Below the pieces are notes generated by a model. It worked only from the letters and a program-made list of their open reading frames with translations. It was not told the DNA's origin and did no database searches. The translations under genes were made by a program, and so were the position numbers. Positions 41,574 through 51,042 of a DNA stretch of 64,000 bases are shown piece by piece; the first letter of the stretch is position 1, and each line of letters begins with the position of its first letter. The stretch is from Candidatus Bathyarchaeota archaeon (GTDB taxonomy: Archaea; Thermoproteota; Bathyarchaeia; Bathyarchaeales; Bathycorpusculaceae). The stretch spans positions 1,792,001 to 1,856,000 of the forward strand of contig CAVZJV010000014.1 of the NCBI GenBank assembly GCA_963775685.1, written 5' to 3'.

Positions 41574-43607
41574 ATGTCTAAGCTTGAAACTATTGATCCG
41601 CAGCAGCGTTTCCAAGAATTCTTCAAAAAAGAAAAGTATCGACAAAGAATCGCCCAGTTAGCCATCTCAGGAAAAGGCTCATTAATCATCGATTTTGAAG
41701 AACTCTATGGCTTCGACCAGGCACTTGCAGAGCATCTTCTATGTAAGCCTGAAGAGTACCTGCAACACGCTGGTAAAGGAGCATACGAACAGCTCAGAAT
41801 CGAAGATGCCGAATACGCAGAGAAAACCGAGAAAGTCATCGTCAGAATCGTAAAGCTTCTAGGAAAAGAAGTACTTAGAAAACTCGGCTCAAGACAGATG
41901 AGCAAGCTAATTATGGTGGAAGGCATCGTTGTCAGAGCCACACCAGTTCGCCCGATGGTCCAGATTGCAGCATTCAAATGCAAACGCTGCGGCACCATGA
42001 ACCAAGTAGAGCAAACGGGGCAGTTTTTGAAGGCCCCAGCGGTTTGCGTTGCTCCTGATTGTGGTAGAGATGGACCATTCGAGTTCAGTCAAGAAGATTC
42101 CACTTTTATAGATTCACAGGACCTGCGGTTGCAGGAAAAACCCGAAGACCTCCCTCCAGGACAGCTGCCACGAGTTTTAGCGGTGAAACTTGTCGGCGAC
42201 GAAATCGTGGACGTTGCAAGACCAGGAGACCATGTTTCCATAGTCGGCATTGTACGTGCATTTGCGCCTTCGTTGATGGGTATGGGGAAACTTCGAACCT
42301 TCATCCTGCAATTAGATGCGAACTCCATAGAGGTCCTTGGCAAAGAACCAGAGACTTCCCCGCCAACACCTGAAGAAGAAGCAAAAATTATCCAGCTATC
42401 CAAAGACCCTGCCGTTCACCGCAAAATAATGACCTCTATCGCACCCTCAATCTTCGGTCTTGAGCACATCAAAGAAGCTATTATGTACCTGCTGTTTGGC
42501 GGAGTTTCCAAGACTCTTCCAGACGTAAACGTGAGAGGCGAAATGAACGCGCTGCTCATCGGTGACCCAGGAACCGCAAAATCACAGTTGCTTCAGTATG
42601 TTGCAAGAATCGCGCCAAGAGGTCTATACACTTCAGGCAGAGGAACCACTGCCGCAGGTTTAACCGCAGCAGTCGTCCGAGAGAAAGGTGGAAGCATGAG
42701 CCTTGAAGCTGGTGCACTGGTTCTTGCCGACAAAGGCATCGCATGCATCGACGAAATGGACAAAATGCGTCCCGAAGACCGAGTGGCCATTCATGAAGCC
42801 ATGGAACAGCACACTGTGTCAGTAGCAAAAGGCGGAATAGTAGCGACATTAAACGCGAGAACAGCAGTTCTTGCAGCAGCAAATCCTTCATTAGGCAGGT
42901 ATGAACCAAACCGAACAGTAGCCGAAAACATTTCTCTGCCAGTAACCATCTTGTCACGTTTTGACTTAATCTTTGTCCTCCGAGACGTACCAAACAAGGA
43001 ATCTGACAGTAAAATGTCTAGGCATATACTTGAGATTCATAGAAGAGGAGTCAGCCCCGTTGAAGCACAGGTCGATGCGGAGCTTTTGCGGAAATACGTA
43101 AGTTTTGCCAAGAGCGTCCATCCGGAACTAAGCTTGGAAGCGTTAAACCGCCTAAGTGACTTCTACTTAGCTATGCGTTCCGCAAGCGAAACCGAAGGCT
43201 CACCTGTAGCTATTACTGCACGACAATTGGAGTCACTGGTTCGCGTCGCTGAGGCAAGAGCACGGGTTGCACTACGCAGCGAAGTCTCAGCAGAAGATGC
43301 GGAGGCTGCCATAGCGATTATGAAGCGATCGCTTGAGGAAGTTGGAATCGACATGTCAAGCTATAAAGTTGACATTGACTTAATTATGACTGGCAGACCC
43401 AAGAGCATCCGAGACAGACTACACGTAGTGTTGTCAACGCTTATGGACATGGAGAAGATAACAGGCATTGTAGAGAAAGACGCATTGGTTAATGAGTTGG
43501 AGACCCAGCACAAGATTCCGAGAGGCGAAGTTGAACGTATGATTGGGCAACTACTACGGGAAGGAACGATTTATGAGCCGCGCGAAGGATGCCTAAAGAA
43601 AACATAA
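41574..43607 (+). CDS. mcm: Replicative helicase MCM (no intein)
   Basis: C4 Zn motif, GDPGTAKSQ, IDEMDKM, SRFD, ARQLE, C-terminal wHTH. Confidence 0.98.
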   Translation: MSKLETIDPQQRFQEFFKKEKYRQRIAQLAISGKGSLIIDFEELYGFDQALAEHLLCKPEEYLQHAGKGAYEQLRIEDAEYAEKTEKVIVRIVKLLGKEVLRKLGSRQMSKLIMVEGIVVRATPVRPMVQIAAFKCKRCGTMNQVEQTGQFLKAPAVCVAPDCGRDGPFEFSQEDSTFIDSQDLRLQEKPEDLPPGQLPRVLAVKLVGDEIVDVARPGDHVSIVGIVRAFAPSLMGMGKLRTFILQLDANSIEVLGKEPETSPPTPEEEAKIIQLSKDPAVHRKIMTSIAPSIFGLEHIKEAIMYLLFGGVSKTLPDVNVRGEMNALLIGDPGTAKSQLLQYVARIAPRGLYTSGRGTTAAGLTAAVVREKGGSMSLEAGALVLADKGIACIDEMDKMRPEDRVAIHEAMEQHTVSVAKGGIVATLNARTAVLAAANPSLGRYEPNRTVAENISLPVTILSRFDLIFVLRDVPNKESDSKMSRHILEIHRRGVSPVEAQVDAELLRKYVSFAKSVHPELSLEALNRLSDFYLAMRSASETEGSPVAITARQLESLVRVAEARARVALRSEVSAEDAEAAIAIMKRSLEEVGIDMSSYKVDIDLIMTGRPKSIRDRLHVVLSTLMDMEKITGIVEKDALVNELETQHKIPRGEVERMIGQLLREGTIYEPREGCLKKT

Positions 43608-43620
43608 GGGAGGATGAGAC

Positions 43621-44709
43621 TTGAAGCCGGTCGTTGTGGTCGCAGGAACTAGACCTGAAATAATCAAGATGGCTCCGATAATTCGAGCACTAAACAAAGC
43701 CAAACTACCAAACATCTTTGTCCTTTGCGGTCAACACTACGATTACAACATGTCTCAACAATTTATCGAAAACCTCGAGCTGGAAATGCCTGACTACGCG
43801 TTGAAAATTGAGGCTTCTTCACCCGGGGCGCAGACTGCTGAGATAATGATGAAGATTGACAAGGTACTTGAGAAATATGAGCCATCCACAGTTTTGGTTG
43901 AAGGCGACACAAACACTGTTCTAGCAGGGGCACTTGCTGCAAATAAACGAACTATCCCTATAGGTCATGTGGAAGCCGGGCTCAGGAGCTTTGACCTTCG
44001 GATGTCCGAAGAACACAACCGCCGCTTAACTGACCACATCTCAGATTACTTATTTGCCCCCACAGAACGCGCAAAAGCCAACCTTCTGAAAGAGAACGTT
44101 TGGGGCAAAATTTACGTCACTGGAAACACAGTCATAGACGCAGTAATCCAGCACTTACCCATCGCTGAAAAGAAATCTACAGTAATGGAACAAATTCCTT
44201 TCGAAGAATTTGTTTTGGCAACGGCGCATCGAGCTGAAAATGTTGATGACTTGGCGTTTCTTCAGTCATTTGTGGAGGTTTTCTCGAATTCGCCCCTTCC
44301 CATTGTTTACCCTATGCATCCCCGAACAAGAAAACGTCTACAAGAAAACAATATGCTTTCACAAATAGAAAAAATGAATAGCGTGTTGATTTTGCCTCCG
44401 TTGGGTTACTTGGATTTCTTGATTTTGATGAAGAACTGCCGCTTAATAATCACTGATTCCGGCGGCATACAGGAGGAAGCAACTGCGCCCGGCATCGGAA
44501 AGAGGGTGTTGGTGATTCGGTTGTCTACAGAAAGGCAAGAAGCAGTTGAAGCGGGTTTTGCCAGGTTGGTTGGAACCGACAAAAACAAAATTTTACAGGC
44601 ATTAAACCAAGCAGTTGAAGCAAAAGAGAATTTGCCTTCAGTTTCACCTTTCGGAGATGGCACAGCAGCCATAAAAACTGTGGATATAATAAAGCAAGAT
44701 TTTGTTTAA
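43621..44709 (+). CDS. wecB: UDP-N-acetylglucosamine 2-epimerase (non-hydrolysing)
   Basis: GTRPEIIK, GQHYD, GDT, HVEAGLRS, TDSGGIQEEA. Confidence 0.96.
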   Translation: MKPVVVVAGTRPEIIKMAPIIRALNKAKLPNIFVLCGQHYDYNMSQQFIENLELEMPDYALKIEASSPGAQTAEIMMKIDKVLEKYEPSTVLVEGDTNTVLAGALAANKRTIPIGHVEAGLRSFDLRMSEEHNRRLTDHISDYLFAPTERAKANLLKENVWGKIYVTGNTVIDAVIQHLPIAEKKSTVMEQIPFEEFVLATAHRAENVDDLAFLQSFVEVFSNSPLPIVYPMHPRTRKRLQENNMLSQIEKMNSVLILPPLGYLDFLILMKNCRLIITDSGGIQEEATAPGIGKRVLVIRLSTERQEAVEAGFARLVGTDKNKILQALNQAVEAKENLPSVSPFGDGTAAIKTVDIIKQDFV

Positions 44710-45476
44710 GAGATGTAGGTTGTTTTCTTGTCGTCTTGTTTTCTGGTTTCTTCGGCTTGCACAGCACGTTTTTCTTCTATTTGTTGCAGGCGCGTAACCA
44801 TTGTTTCGGCTTTAGCAATTTCTTCGTTTAATCCCGCTAGGTCCAATTCAAAGTTAAACGTTGACTTTAACACTTCCAAAACACTTTTAGCTGCCAGTGG
44901 ATCAGGCAAATAACCACGTGTTTCACCCAGCAAACATAGAGCGTCAATTTTTTTGAATTTCGCCAACCCAAGGATTAATCCTGCAGTACCAACAATTGGG
45001 CTTCCTGAAGCGCTTAATGTTGCTCCGGCTTGGATTGCCGCGTTTAGGACAGCTTGGCTGGTTGCAGCTATGTAAACTTTGGGTTTTTCTGTGGATTCCA
45101 TGCGGTAACCTCCGATGGTTGCGATAGTCTTAACGCCATATTTTTCGCTAAAGTCCAGCATTCTGTCAGCGATCTCGTATTGTCCTTCTATGGTTTGGCT
45201 TTGGCTATCACCAGTGAAGAGGATGATGTCGTTTCCTTTTGGGTTTTGGTAATAGTAGAATGCCCCGCGGAGCAAGCGCACATTACCTTTTTTGTTAACT
45301 AAAACAAAGTAGGGGAAGTGCGGTGAGTAGAGATAGGCGATTTTTTTGGCTTTTAGCTGTTTGATTAGATATCGCAAAGCAATTTTGCCAACCAAGCCTA
45401 AACCTGGAAGACCTTCAATGAGGATGGGACTGTTAGGGTGGATTTCGGCGAATTCTTTGATGTATGTTTCTTTCAT
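44706..45476 (-). CDS. PAC2 family proteasome assembly chaperone
   Basis: EGLPGLGLVG, LLGETRGY.PDP. Confidence 0.92.
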   Translation of the reverse strand: MKETYIKEFAEIHPNSPILIEGLPGLGLVGKIALRYLIKQLKAKKIAYLYSPHFPYFVLVNKKGNVRLLRGAFYYYQNPKGNDIILFTGDSQSQTIEGQYEIADRMLDFSEKYGVKTIATIGGYRMESTEKPKVYIAATSQAVLNAAIQAGATLSASGSPIVGTAGLILGLAKFKKIDALCLLGETRGYLPDPLAAKSVLEVLKSTFNFELDLAGLNEEIAKAETMVTRLQQIEEKRAVQAEETRKQDDKKTTYIS

Positions 45477-45643
45477 TCTGTTTGAGCGCTCCTTTTCATA
45501 GCCATTCGGTACTTCAGGTATTTATCGTCTGGGGAGAATTTAGGCGGATGAGGAATTCTCACTGCACCACCACAGTAGGGACAACTAGTTTTGTTCAATG
45601 TATATTTTTCGCAGTTTACGCATTTGCGCAATTGCCAAACCAA
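45473..45643 (-). CDS. nop10: H/ACA RNP protein Nop10 (56 aa, not in the ORF track)
   Basis: TTG start; RKCVNCEKYTL...CPYCGG...PHPPKFSPDDKY.KYR; ATGA overlap with PAC2. Confidence 0.93.
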   Translation of the reverse strand: MVWQLRKCVNCEKYTLNKTSCPYCGGAVRIPHPPKFSPDDKYLKYRMAMKRSAQTE

Positions 45644-45698
45644 TCATTTATCCCTTCTAAAACTGCCAAGTCGCCGCTTCCAGCTTGCGCTTAGTCAT
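45644..45698 (-). pseudogene. Putative deletion scar of translation initiation factor aIF2-alpha
   Basis: 55 bp at the canonical aIF2a position encode MTKRKLE, GDL and GSFRRDK* in different frames. Confidence 0.55.
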
Positions 45699-45713
45699 AT
45701 GGGAAGTCATCTT

Positions 45714-45911
45714 TTACTCTAGAACTGCTTGGACGTCACCATTGATTCTTGCTCTTCCACCAGAGGGTTCAGCTAAGGTTTCTCCGCATACATTGCAGAC
45801 TATCTTGTTAACTGCGTTGCTGAAGATAAGTTGTTCATTGCCACACTTTAGGCATTTAACCCTGAGGAAGACACTTTTGGGCTTTGGAATAAGTTTGTTC
45901 CAATTAGACAT
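45714..45911 (-). CDS. rps27e: 30S ribosomal protein S27e
   Basis: PKSVFLRVKCLKCGNEQ..F, CNVCG..LAEPSGG. Confidence 0.96.
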   Translation of the reverse strand: MSNWNKLIPKPKSVFLRVKCLKCGNEQLIFSNAVNKIVCNVCGETLAEPSGGRARINGDVQAVLE

Positions 45912-45930
45912 ATTTTTCTTCTCCTTAATG

Positions 45931-46206
45931 TTATATTATGGCTAGTTTTCTAAGGCGGATACCATCTTTGTGACGCATGTAATTACAAACTCTACATTTT
46001 AAGCGCAAAGTTTGTTTTTTGGTTGTTTTGGCGAATTCGTGTTGCAATGGATATTTTTGTCCGCCATACCCCTCTTTTTCACGTTCATGGTGTCTTTCGC
46101 CTCTGGCAAGTGCTCGCCGTTTACCTGCCTTGTAGAGGGTTACACTGTGAATCTGATGAACTTTACATTTTGGACAGTAAGTCTTTACTTCTTTGGGAAC
46201 GTTCAC
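45931..46206 (-). CDS. rpl44e: 50S ribosomal protein L44e (eL42)
   Basis: TYCPKC, GYGGQ, KTTKK..LRLKCRVC. Confidence 0.96.
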   Translation of the reverse strand: MNVPKEVKTYCPKCKVHQIHSVTLYKAGKRRALARGERHHEREKEGYGGQKYPLQHEFAKTTKKQTLRLKCRVCNYMRHKDGIRLRKLAII

Positions 46207-46624
46207 GGTTTCAACCAGCTTTGCATAAAAGAAACATACACATTCTTATACTTTATGACTTTTAAAGCAAAAACCCCTAGCTTTCAATGAAAGGCTTTGT
46301 TTTTTCTTTAATATTAGCAGTGGCAGAAATCTTCCTAACAACAACAACCAACAGCTCGTTCCACAAATTGCTTTCCGTAAACTATCCTTAAATGGGTTGT
46401 AGGCTGGCTGAGCCAAGCTGCTAAAGCTGCAAGAAAAGTACAGGCTGTAAGCTCAAGTTTCATTTCAGGGGGCATAAGCATATTTTTATTGTCCAGAATC
46501 GTTATCGTATGGCTCTGCAGGGTGACGATAGCCTATTGTTAGGTCCTTTGGGTTTCGGTAACTAAATTTATTAACTCAAAGTGCAATGTTTAGCTATACA
46601 ACTCAATGCATGAGGAAGAGGTAT

Positions 46625-47380
46625 ATGTTCAAGCTTAAAGTGTCTGACGCTAAACTCTTAAGAGATATGGCAACTGCCATCTCAATTCTAGTTGACGAGG
46701 CAACCTTCAAAATTGACGCTGAAGGCTTAAAACTCCGTGCCATGGACCCGTCACGTGTTGCCATGATTGATTTTGAATGGCCAAAATCTATATTCCAAGA
46801 ATTCGTGTGCGCTGAGCCAACGAAAATCTGCCTGAATATAAGCGAGTTGCTAAAACTCCTGAAGCGAGCAGGAAAAGAGGAAGCAGTCGAACTCTCCCTT
46901 GATGATAAAACAGGCAAATTACTAGTCGCAATAACTGGAAAATATAGCAGAAACTTTACTATGCCAACGCTTGAAGCCTCTGAAGAAGAAGTCCCAACAC
47001 CAAAAATCACATTCAACGTCAAAGCCAAAACCACAACTCAGGGTTTAAGCCAAGCAATCGAAGACGCCCAACTCGTAAGTGATCACGTAAAAATAGAGGC
47101 TGAACCAGAAAAAATGACGTTGAGCGCTTCAGGTGACTTGATGGGCGCAACCATCATACTCCAAAAAGGCAATGACGCCTTACTCGACTTAGAAGTTAAA
47201 GAGAACGCTAAAGCAACCTTTAGCCTAAGCTACCTATCAGAAATCATAAAAGCAGCTTCAGCAACTTCAGACATCGCAACCCTTGAATTCTCATCCGACA
47301 TGCCCGTTAGAATAGACTTCCAGCAGACAAAAGAGGGAAAGTTAACCTTCTTCTTGGCGCCAAGAATCGAAACAGAATAA
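46625..47380 (+). CDS. pcn: DNA sliding clamp PCNA
   Basis: AMDPSRVAM, FSLSYL, FFLAPRIE. Confidence 0.97.
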   Translation: MFKLKVSDAKLLRDMATAISILVDEATFKIDAEGLKLRAMDPSRVAMIDFEWPKSIFQEFVCAEPTKICLNISELLKLLKRAGKEEAVELSLDDKTGKLLVAITGKYSRNFTMPTLEASEEEVPTPKITFNVKAKTTTQGLSQAIEDAQLVSDHVKIEAEPEKMTLSASGDLMGATIILQKGNDALLDLEVKENAKATFSLSYLSEIIKAASATSDIATLEFSSDMPVRIDFQQTKEGKLTFFLAPRIETE

Positions 47381-47393
47381 TGAGACGTACACC

Positions 47394-48419
47394 TTGCAGA
47401 TGGAATCGGCACTATCTTCTGAGGATTTTGCCAAATACCCATTTCTAAAGCAAGCATCGAAACAGATAGAAGAACTGCAGTTTACAATAGGGACCTTATC
47501 TTCAGAAAAACCAGTTTTTGATCGCGCCCAAAACCGAATAGAAAAGGCAATCTTGGAAGTTAACACTGGAGAGGCAGTAAGGGACGGAAGGACAGAAATT
47601 TCTTCTTTTGCAGCCGCAATTATTCTGGTTATTGCAACAAAAAATTCGTGGATAAAAAAAAGGTACGCATTGTCTGTGGCAAAAACAGCGCACGCAAAGT
47701 TCCTTTGTGAGAGCAAAGCAAAAATCATGGCTATCGCCCAAGACTTTGATTGGGATATTGGCCAAGGTATCGTGGGCAAAGATTTTCGTGTAGGCTATAA
47801 TATCTACTTGAAAAATGCAGCTCATATGCATGGTTCTGAGTGGAAGCTTATTAACCAAATTATGGATAAGGGCATGGTTTATCTGAACAAAGACAAAGCA
47901 GTTCGACTGCTTCAGGAAGAAGTAAAGAACCGCGTGGAAAAAAGGCTCAATGTTCCAGAACTCAAAAACCTGCCCCAAGAGATAACTTGTAAAGCTGAAG
48001 GTTTAGCGAAATTGGCGCAGGAAATTATGGGACAAGAAATCGAGGAACTCCCTAAAGTTGTTGTCAAAGCAGCTTTTCCCCCATGTATAAACGCCCTCTA
48101 CGCGGATGCAGCCCAAGCCCATCATCTTTCACATATCGGACGTTTCACCCTAACATCTTTTCTAGTAAACATTGGGATAACTCCTGAGGGACTTAATGAG
48201 ATGTTTAAAACTTTCTCAGACTACAACGAACGCTTAACCCGTTACCAAATCGAGCACATTGCTGGAGAACGCGGGTCGGGAACAAAATACACTTGCCCTC
48301 AATGCTCAGTGCTCCAAACGCATGGTGTATGCAAGAACCGCGATAATTTGTGCCATTGGATTTATCACCCGCTACAGTACTATAAAAGAAAGCAAAAGAC
48401 GATGACAAAGGCGAAATGA
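47394..48419 (+). CDS. priL: DNA primase large subunit
   Basis: AKYPFL, FPPCI, HIGRF, YQIEHIAG, C..L...G.C, HPLQYY. Confidence 0.95.
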   Translation: MQMESALSSEDFAKYPFLKQASKQIEELQFTIGTLSSEKPVFDRAQNRIEKAILEVNTGEAVRDGRTEISSFAAAIILVIATKNSWIKKRYALSVAKTAHAKFLCESKAKIMAIAQDFDWDIGQGIVGKDFRVGYNIYLKNAAHMHGSEWKLINQIMDKGMVYLNKDKAVRLLQEEVKNRVEKRLNVPELKNLPQEITCKAEGLAKLAQEIMGQEIEELPKVVVKAAFPPCINALYADAAQAHHLSHIGRFTLTSFLVNIGITPEGLNEMFKTFSDYNERLTRYQIEHIAGERGSGTKYTCPQCSVLQTHGVCKNRDNLCHWIYHPLQYYKRKQKTMTKAK

Positions 48420-48457
48420 TTTGTTAACATTTATTAGTTCACTAAACTCTTGTAAGG

Positions 48458-49216
48458 ATGGCAAAATTTTTTATGGCAAATCAGTCAATTGGTAACTCCA
48501 TGACAGACTCTGAGGTTGGCGTGATTCTCCCTACTTATGGAGAAGCCGAAAACATCGCAAAACTAATAGACGACATCGAAGACTTGAAGATAGATGCATC
48601 GATTTTGGTCATCGATGATTCAAGCCCAGACGGAACCGCCGAAATCGTAAAGCAAAAACAGAGCCAATACCCAAACATCGTGCTTTATGTAAGACCAAAA
48701 AAAACGGGTTTGGGCACAGCTATAACTGACGGCTTCAAAATATTCTTAACAGCTGAAAAACCGCCAAAATACGTCTTCACAATGGATGCTGATTACTCCC
48801 ATAACCCAAAAGACATCCCCCAACTTTTATCAACTATGATTGATTGTAATTGCGGAATAGTAATCGGTAGCAGATACGTTAGGGGAGGCAAAATAGCAGG
48901 GTGGCCCTTTACTCGAAAAGTAATCAGCAAAACAGCCAACCTAATTGCTAGGGCATCGCTTGGCTTAAAACTGAAGGATTGCACAAGCGGATATCGCTGT
49001 TATTCAACAAAATTCCTCAAAGAAACCATTGGGAACCTACATAGCCATACATATGAAATTCAGATTGAAACTGTCAGACAAGCATCCCTGAGAAATTTCA
49101 ACGTTAAAGAAACACCCATCCTTTTTGTTAACAGAAAACGTGGGAAATCCAAGTTATCATGGACTGAAATCAAAAGCTACTTATCTTATACTATGAAGGC
49201 CGTTTGGCGTTCATAG
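48458..49216 (+). CDS. Polyprenol-phosphate glycosyltransferase (DPM1-like, GT2)
   Basis: ILPTY, IDDSSPDGT, MDADYSH, GSRY, DCTSGYR, R..GKSKL. Confidence 0.92.
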   Translation: MAKFFMANQSIGNSMTDSEVGVILPTYGEAENIAKLIDDIEDLKIDASILVIDDSSPDGTAEIVKQKQSQYPNIVLYVRPKKTGLGTAITDGFKIFLTAEKPPKYVFTMDADYSHNPKDIPQLLSTMIDCNCGIVIGSRYVRGGKIAGWPFTRKVISKTANLIARASLGLKLKDCTSGYRCYSTKFLKETIGNLHSHTYEIQIETVRQASLRNFNVKETPILFVNRKRGKSKLSWTEIKSYLSYTMKAVWRS

Positions 49217-49286
49217 CCACTTATGTCATTAACGCTTCTTTGTTTGGGCAGAATTAAATACGGGTCGAGTCTATTTTCACTTATAT

Positions 49287-50966
49287 ATGAACAGGTTAAT
49301 GAAGAGGCTTGGATGGGCTAAAAGTCTTCTCTTAGTAGCTATTGTGTTCCTAGTGCTAAGCATAGTTCTATCGACTATAAGTTTGTACCCAGCGACTACA
49401 GATATCAATAAAAAAAGTACGCTCATCGACGATTCCTTTAGGCTAAGTCAAAAAGAAGTTTATAGGCAGGGCTTAGGCGCTTTCCGCGGCGGAGAAAAAA
49501 TCTCAGTCATCGTTGTTTGCCCAACTACTTTTGTGAAAAATTTTTCCATTGTAACCTCCAACACTACAATTTATTCCAACCCCACAAACCAAAACATCAC
49601 CTACTCGTTTACTGCAGGCAAGAACTATTATGAAGTACTCTTCTATTCGAACTCGCCAAATGCAAACTGGATCTATTTTCAAGCAACAGTTGAGAAACCA
49701 CAAGTTATCTATCCATTCTCTGAACTTAACACTTCAGCAAAAATCATTTTCCTAATAAGCGCAGGGTCAGCACTTTTTCTGATTTTCAAATTGGCATTGC
49801 CCAGAATCACAGAAAAAATAGAGTTATCCCCTTACCCACAAAATATCAACAAAAAATTCCGCGATCGCCTGATAGCTCTTCTCTTGTTATCACTTGTTAT
49901 ATGGATGGTCACTATAGCAATAAATTCTAATCCGCTTGCAACATTCAATAACTGGTACACCGACCATGTCAGAGACAATTACGTTTCAAGCCTATTTCTT
50001 AAAGATGGCTTATCGGTGTTTAACCAGCCTTTAGGAACACTTGCAAGCCAAGACAATTCATATTATATGTTTGTAACTTGGCCTGAAATGCCGCATCTTT
50101 ATCCGCTTGGTAGCATTTTGGTGTTTTTGCCCTTTGGCGCCCTTTTGCAGAGCGGTTTTGACCCAGTTCTAATTTACAAGATAGAAATTACCCTCTTCCT
50201 TGCTGTCGCCCATATTTGCCTTTATTTTTTCCTCAAGGTTTTTTTGAAAAAAAAATCACGTTTACTTTGGAAAATAGCTGGATTCTACATCATTTATGTG
50301 TCGCTGGTGCTTTATGCTGCCGGGGGCATGTTTGATTCAATTGCATTTGTCTTTGCCTTGATGGCGGTGATGATGTTTTTGAGTGAACGTTATGACTACT
50401 TTTTTTTGCTTATTGGAGGCTCTGTTTTTTTCAAGTATCAAGCAGCCCTTTTCCTGTTGCCCCTCATCATCGTTGGTTTACTGAAAGTTATAGAAAAAAA
50501 GAACCTCGGAAGTTTTGTTAGAAAAAAAGAAGTTATTTTTGGTGTTTTGTTGCTGGGGATTAGTGGTTTCACAGCTTATTTGAGTGCGCCTTTTCTGATG
50601 CAAACTAGGCCTGAGTTGGTTATGAACGCGATCAACGCTTTTGCGCCCCACTCTCAAATTAACTGGAATTATCAAACCGCAGGTGTTGTGTTAACGCTCT
50701 CAGTCACATTGGTTTATGCAGCGTATATGCTTAACAAAAATAGTTTCCTTTCGTTGTCAGCAATTTTTTTGCTTCTCCCCAGTTTTATGCTGCCATACTT
50801 TCAATACTGGTATGTACCTTATATTTTTGTGTATGCGTTGATTCCTCAAAACAGAAAAGAGGTAGAGATTACCATCCTCTGGTTGATCTTTATGATTGTG
50901 ATGCTTTGTTTTAGCGGTAATCCCCTGCAGATTTTTAGTGCCCTCGGAAATCTACTCAAAATTTAG
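49287..50966 (+). CDS. Multi-pass membrane protein, possibly GT-C fold (GT87-like) glycosyltransferase
   Basis: More than 10 TM segments, extracellular N-domain, loop with TDH...PHLYPLG, GMFD and KYQ motifs; adjacent to a DPM1-like gene. Confidence 0.6.
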   Translation: MNRLMKRLGWAKSLLLVAIVFLVLSIVLSTISLYPATTDINKKSTLIDDSFRLSQKEVYRQGLGAFRGGEKISVIVVCPTTFVKNFSIVTSNTTIYSNPTNQNITYSFTAGKNYYEVLFYSNSPNANWIYFQATVEKPQVIYPFSELNTSAKIIFLISAGSALFLIFKLALPRITEKIELSPYPQNINKKFRDRLIALLLLSLVIWMVTIAINSNPLATFNNWYTDHVRDNYVSSLFLKDGLSVFNQPLGTLASQDNSYYMFVTWPEMPHLYPLGSILVFLPFGALLQSGFDPVLIYKIEITLFLAVAHICLYFFLKVFLKKKSRLLWKIAGFYIIYVSLVLYAAGGMFDSIAFVFALMAVMMFLSERYDYFFLLIGGSVFFKYQAALFLLPLIIVGLLKVIEKKNLGSFVRKKEVIFGVLLLGISGFTAYLSAPFLMQTRPELVMNAINAFAPHSQINWNYQTAGVVLTLSVTLVYAAYMLNKNSFLSLSAIFLLLPSFMLPYFQYWYVPYIFVYALIPQNRKEVEITILWLIFMIVMLCFSGNPLQIFSALGNLLKI

Positions 50967-51042
50967 CCTGATAACAAGTGGATTTTTATCGGTATAGGTT
51001 AAATTTAAGGTACTGGTATCTACTGTATCAAGAGGGTTGGGT

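Noticed and set aside
46250-46585. Short minus-strand ORF (MLMPPEMKLE...) between rpl44e and pcn
   Set aside because: No recognisable family; the region is explained by divergent promoters.
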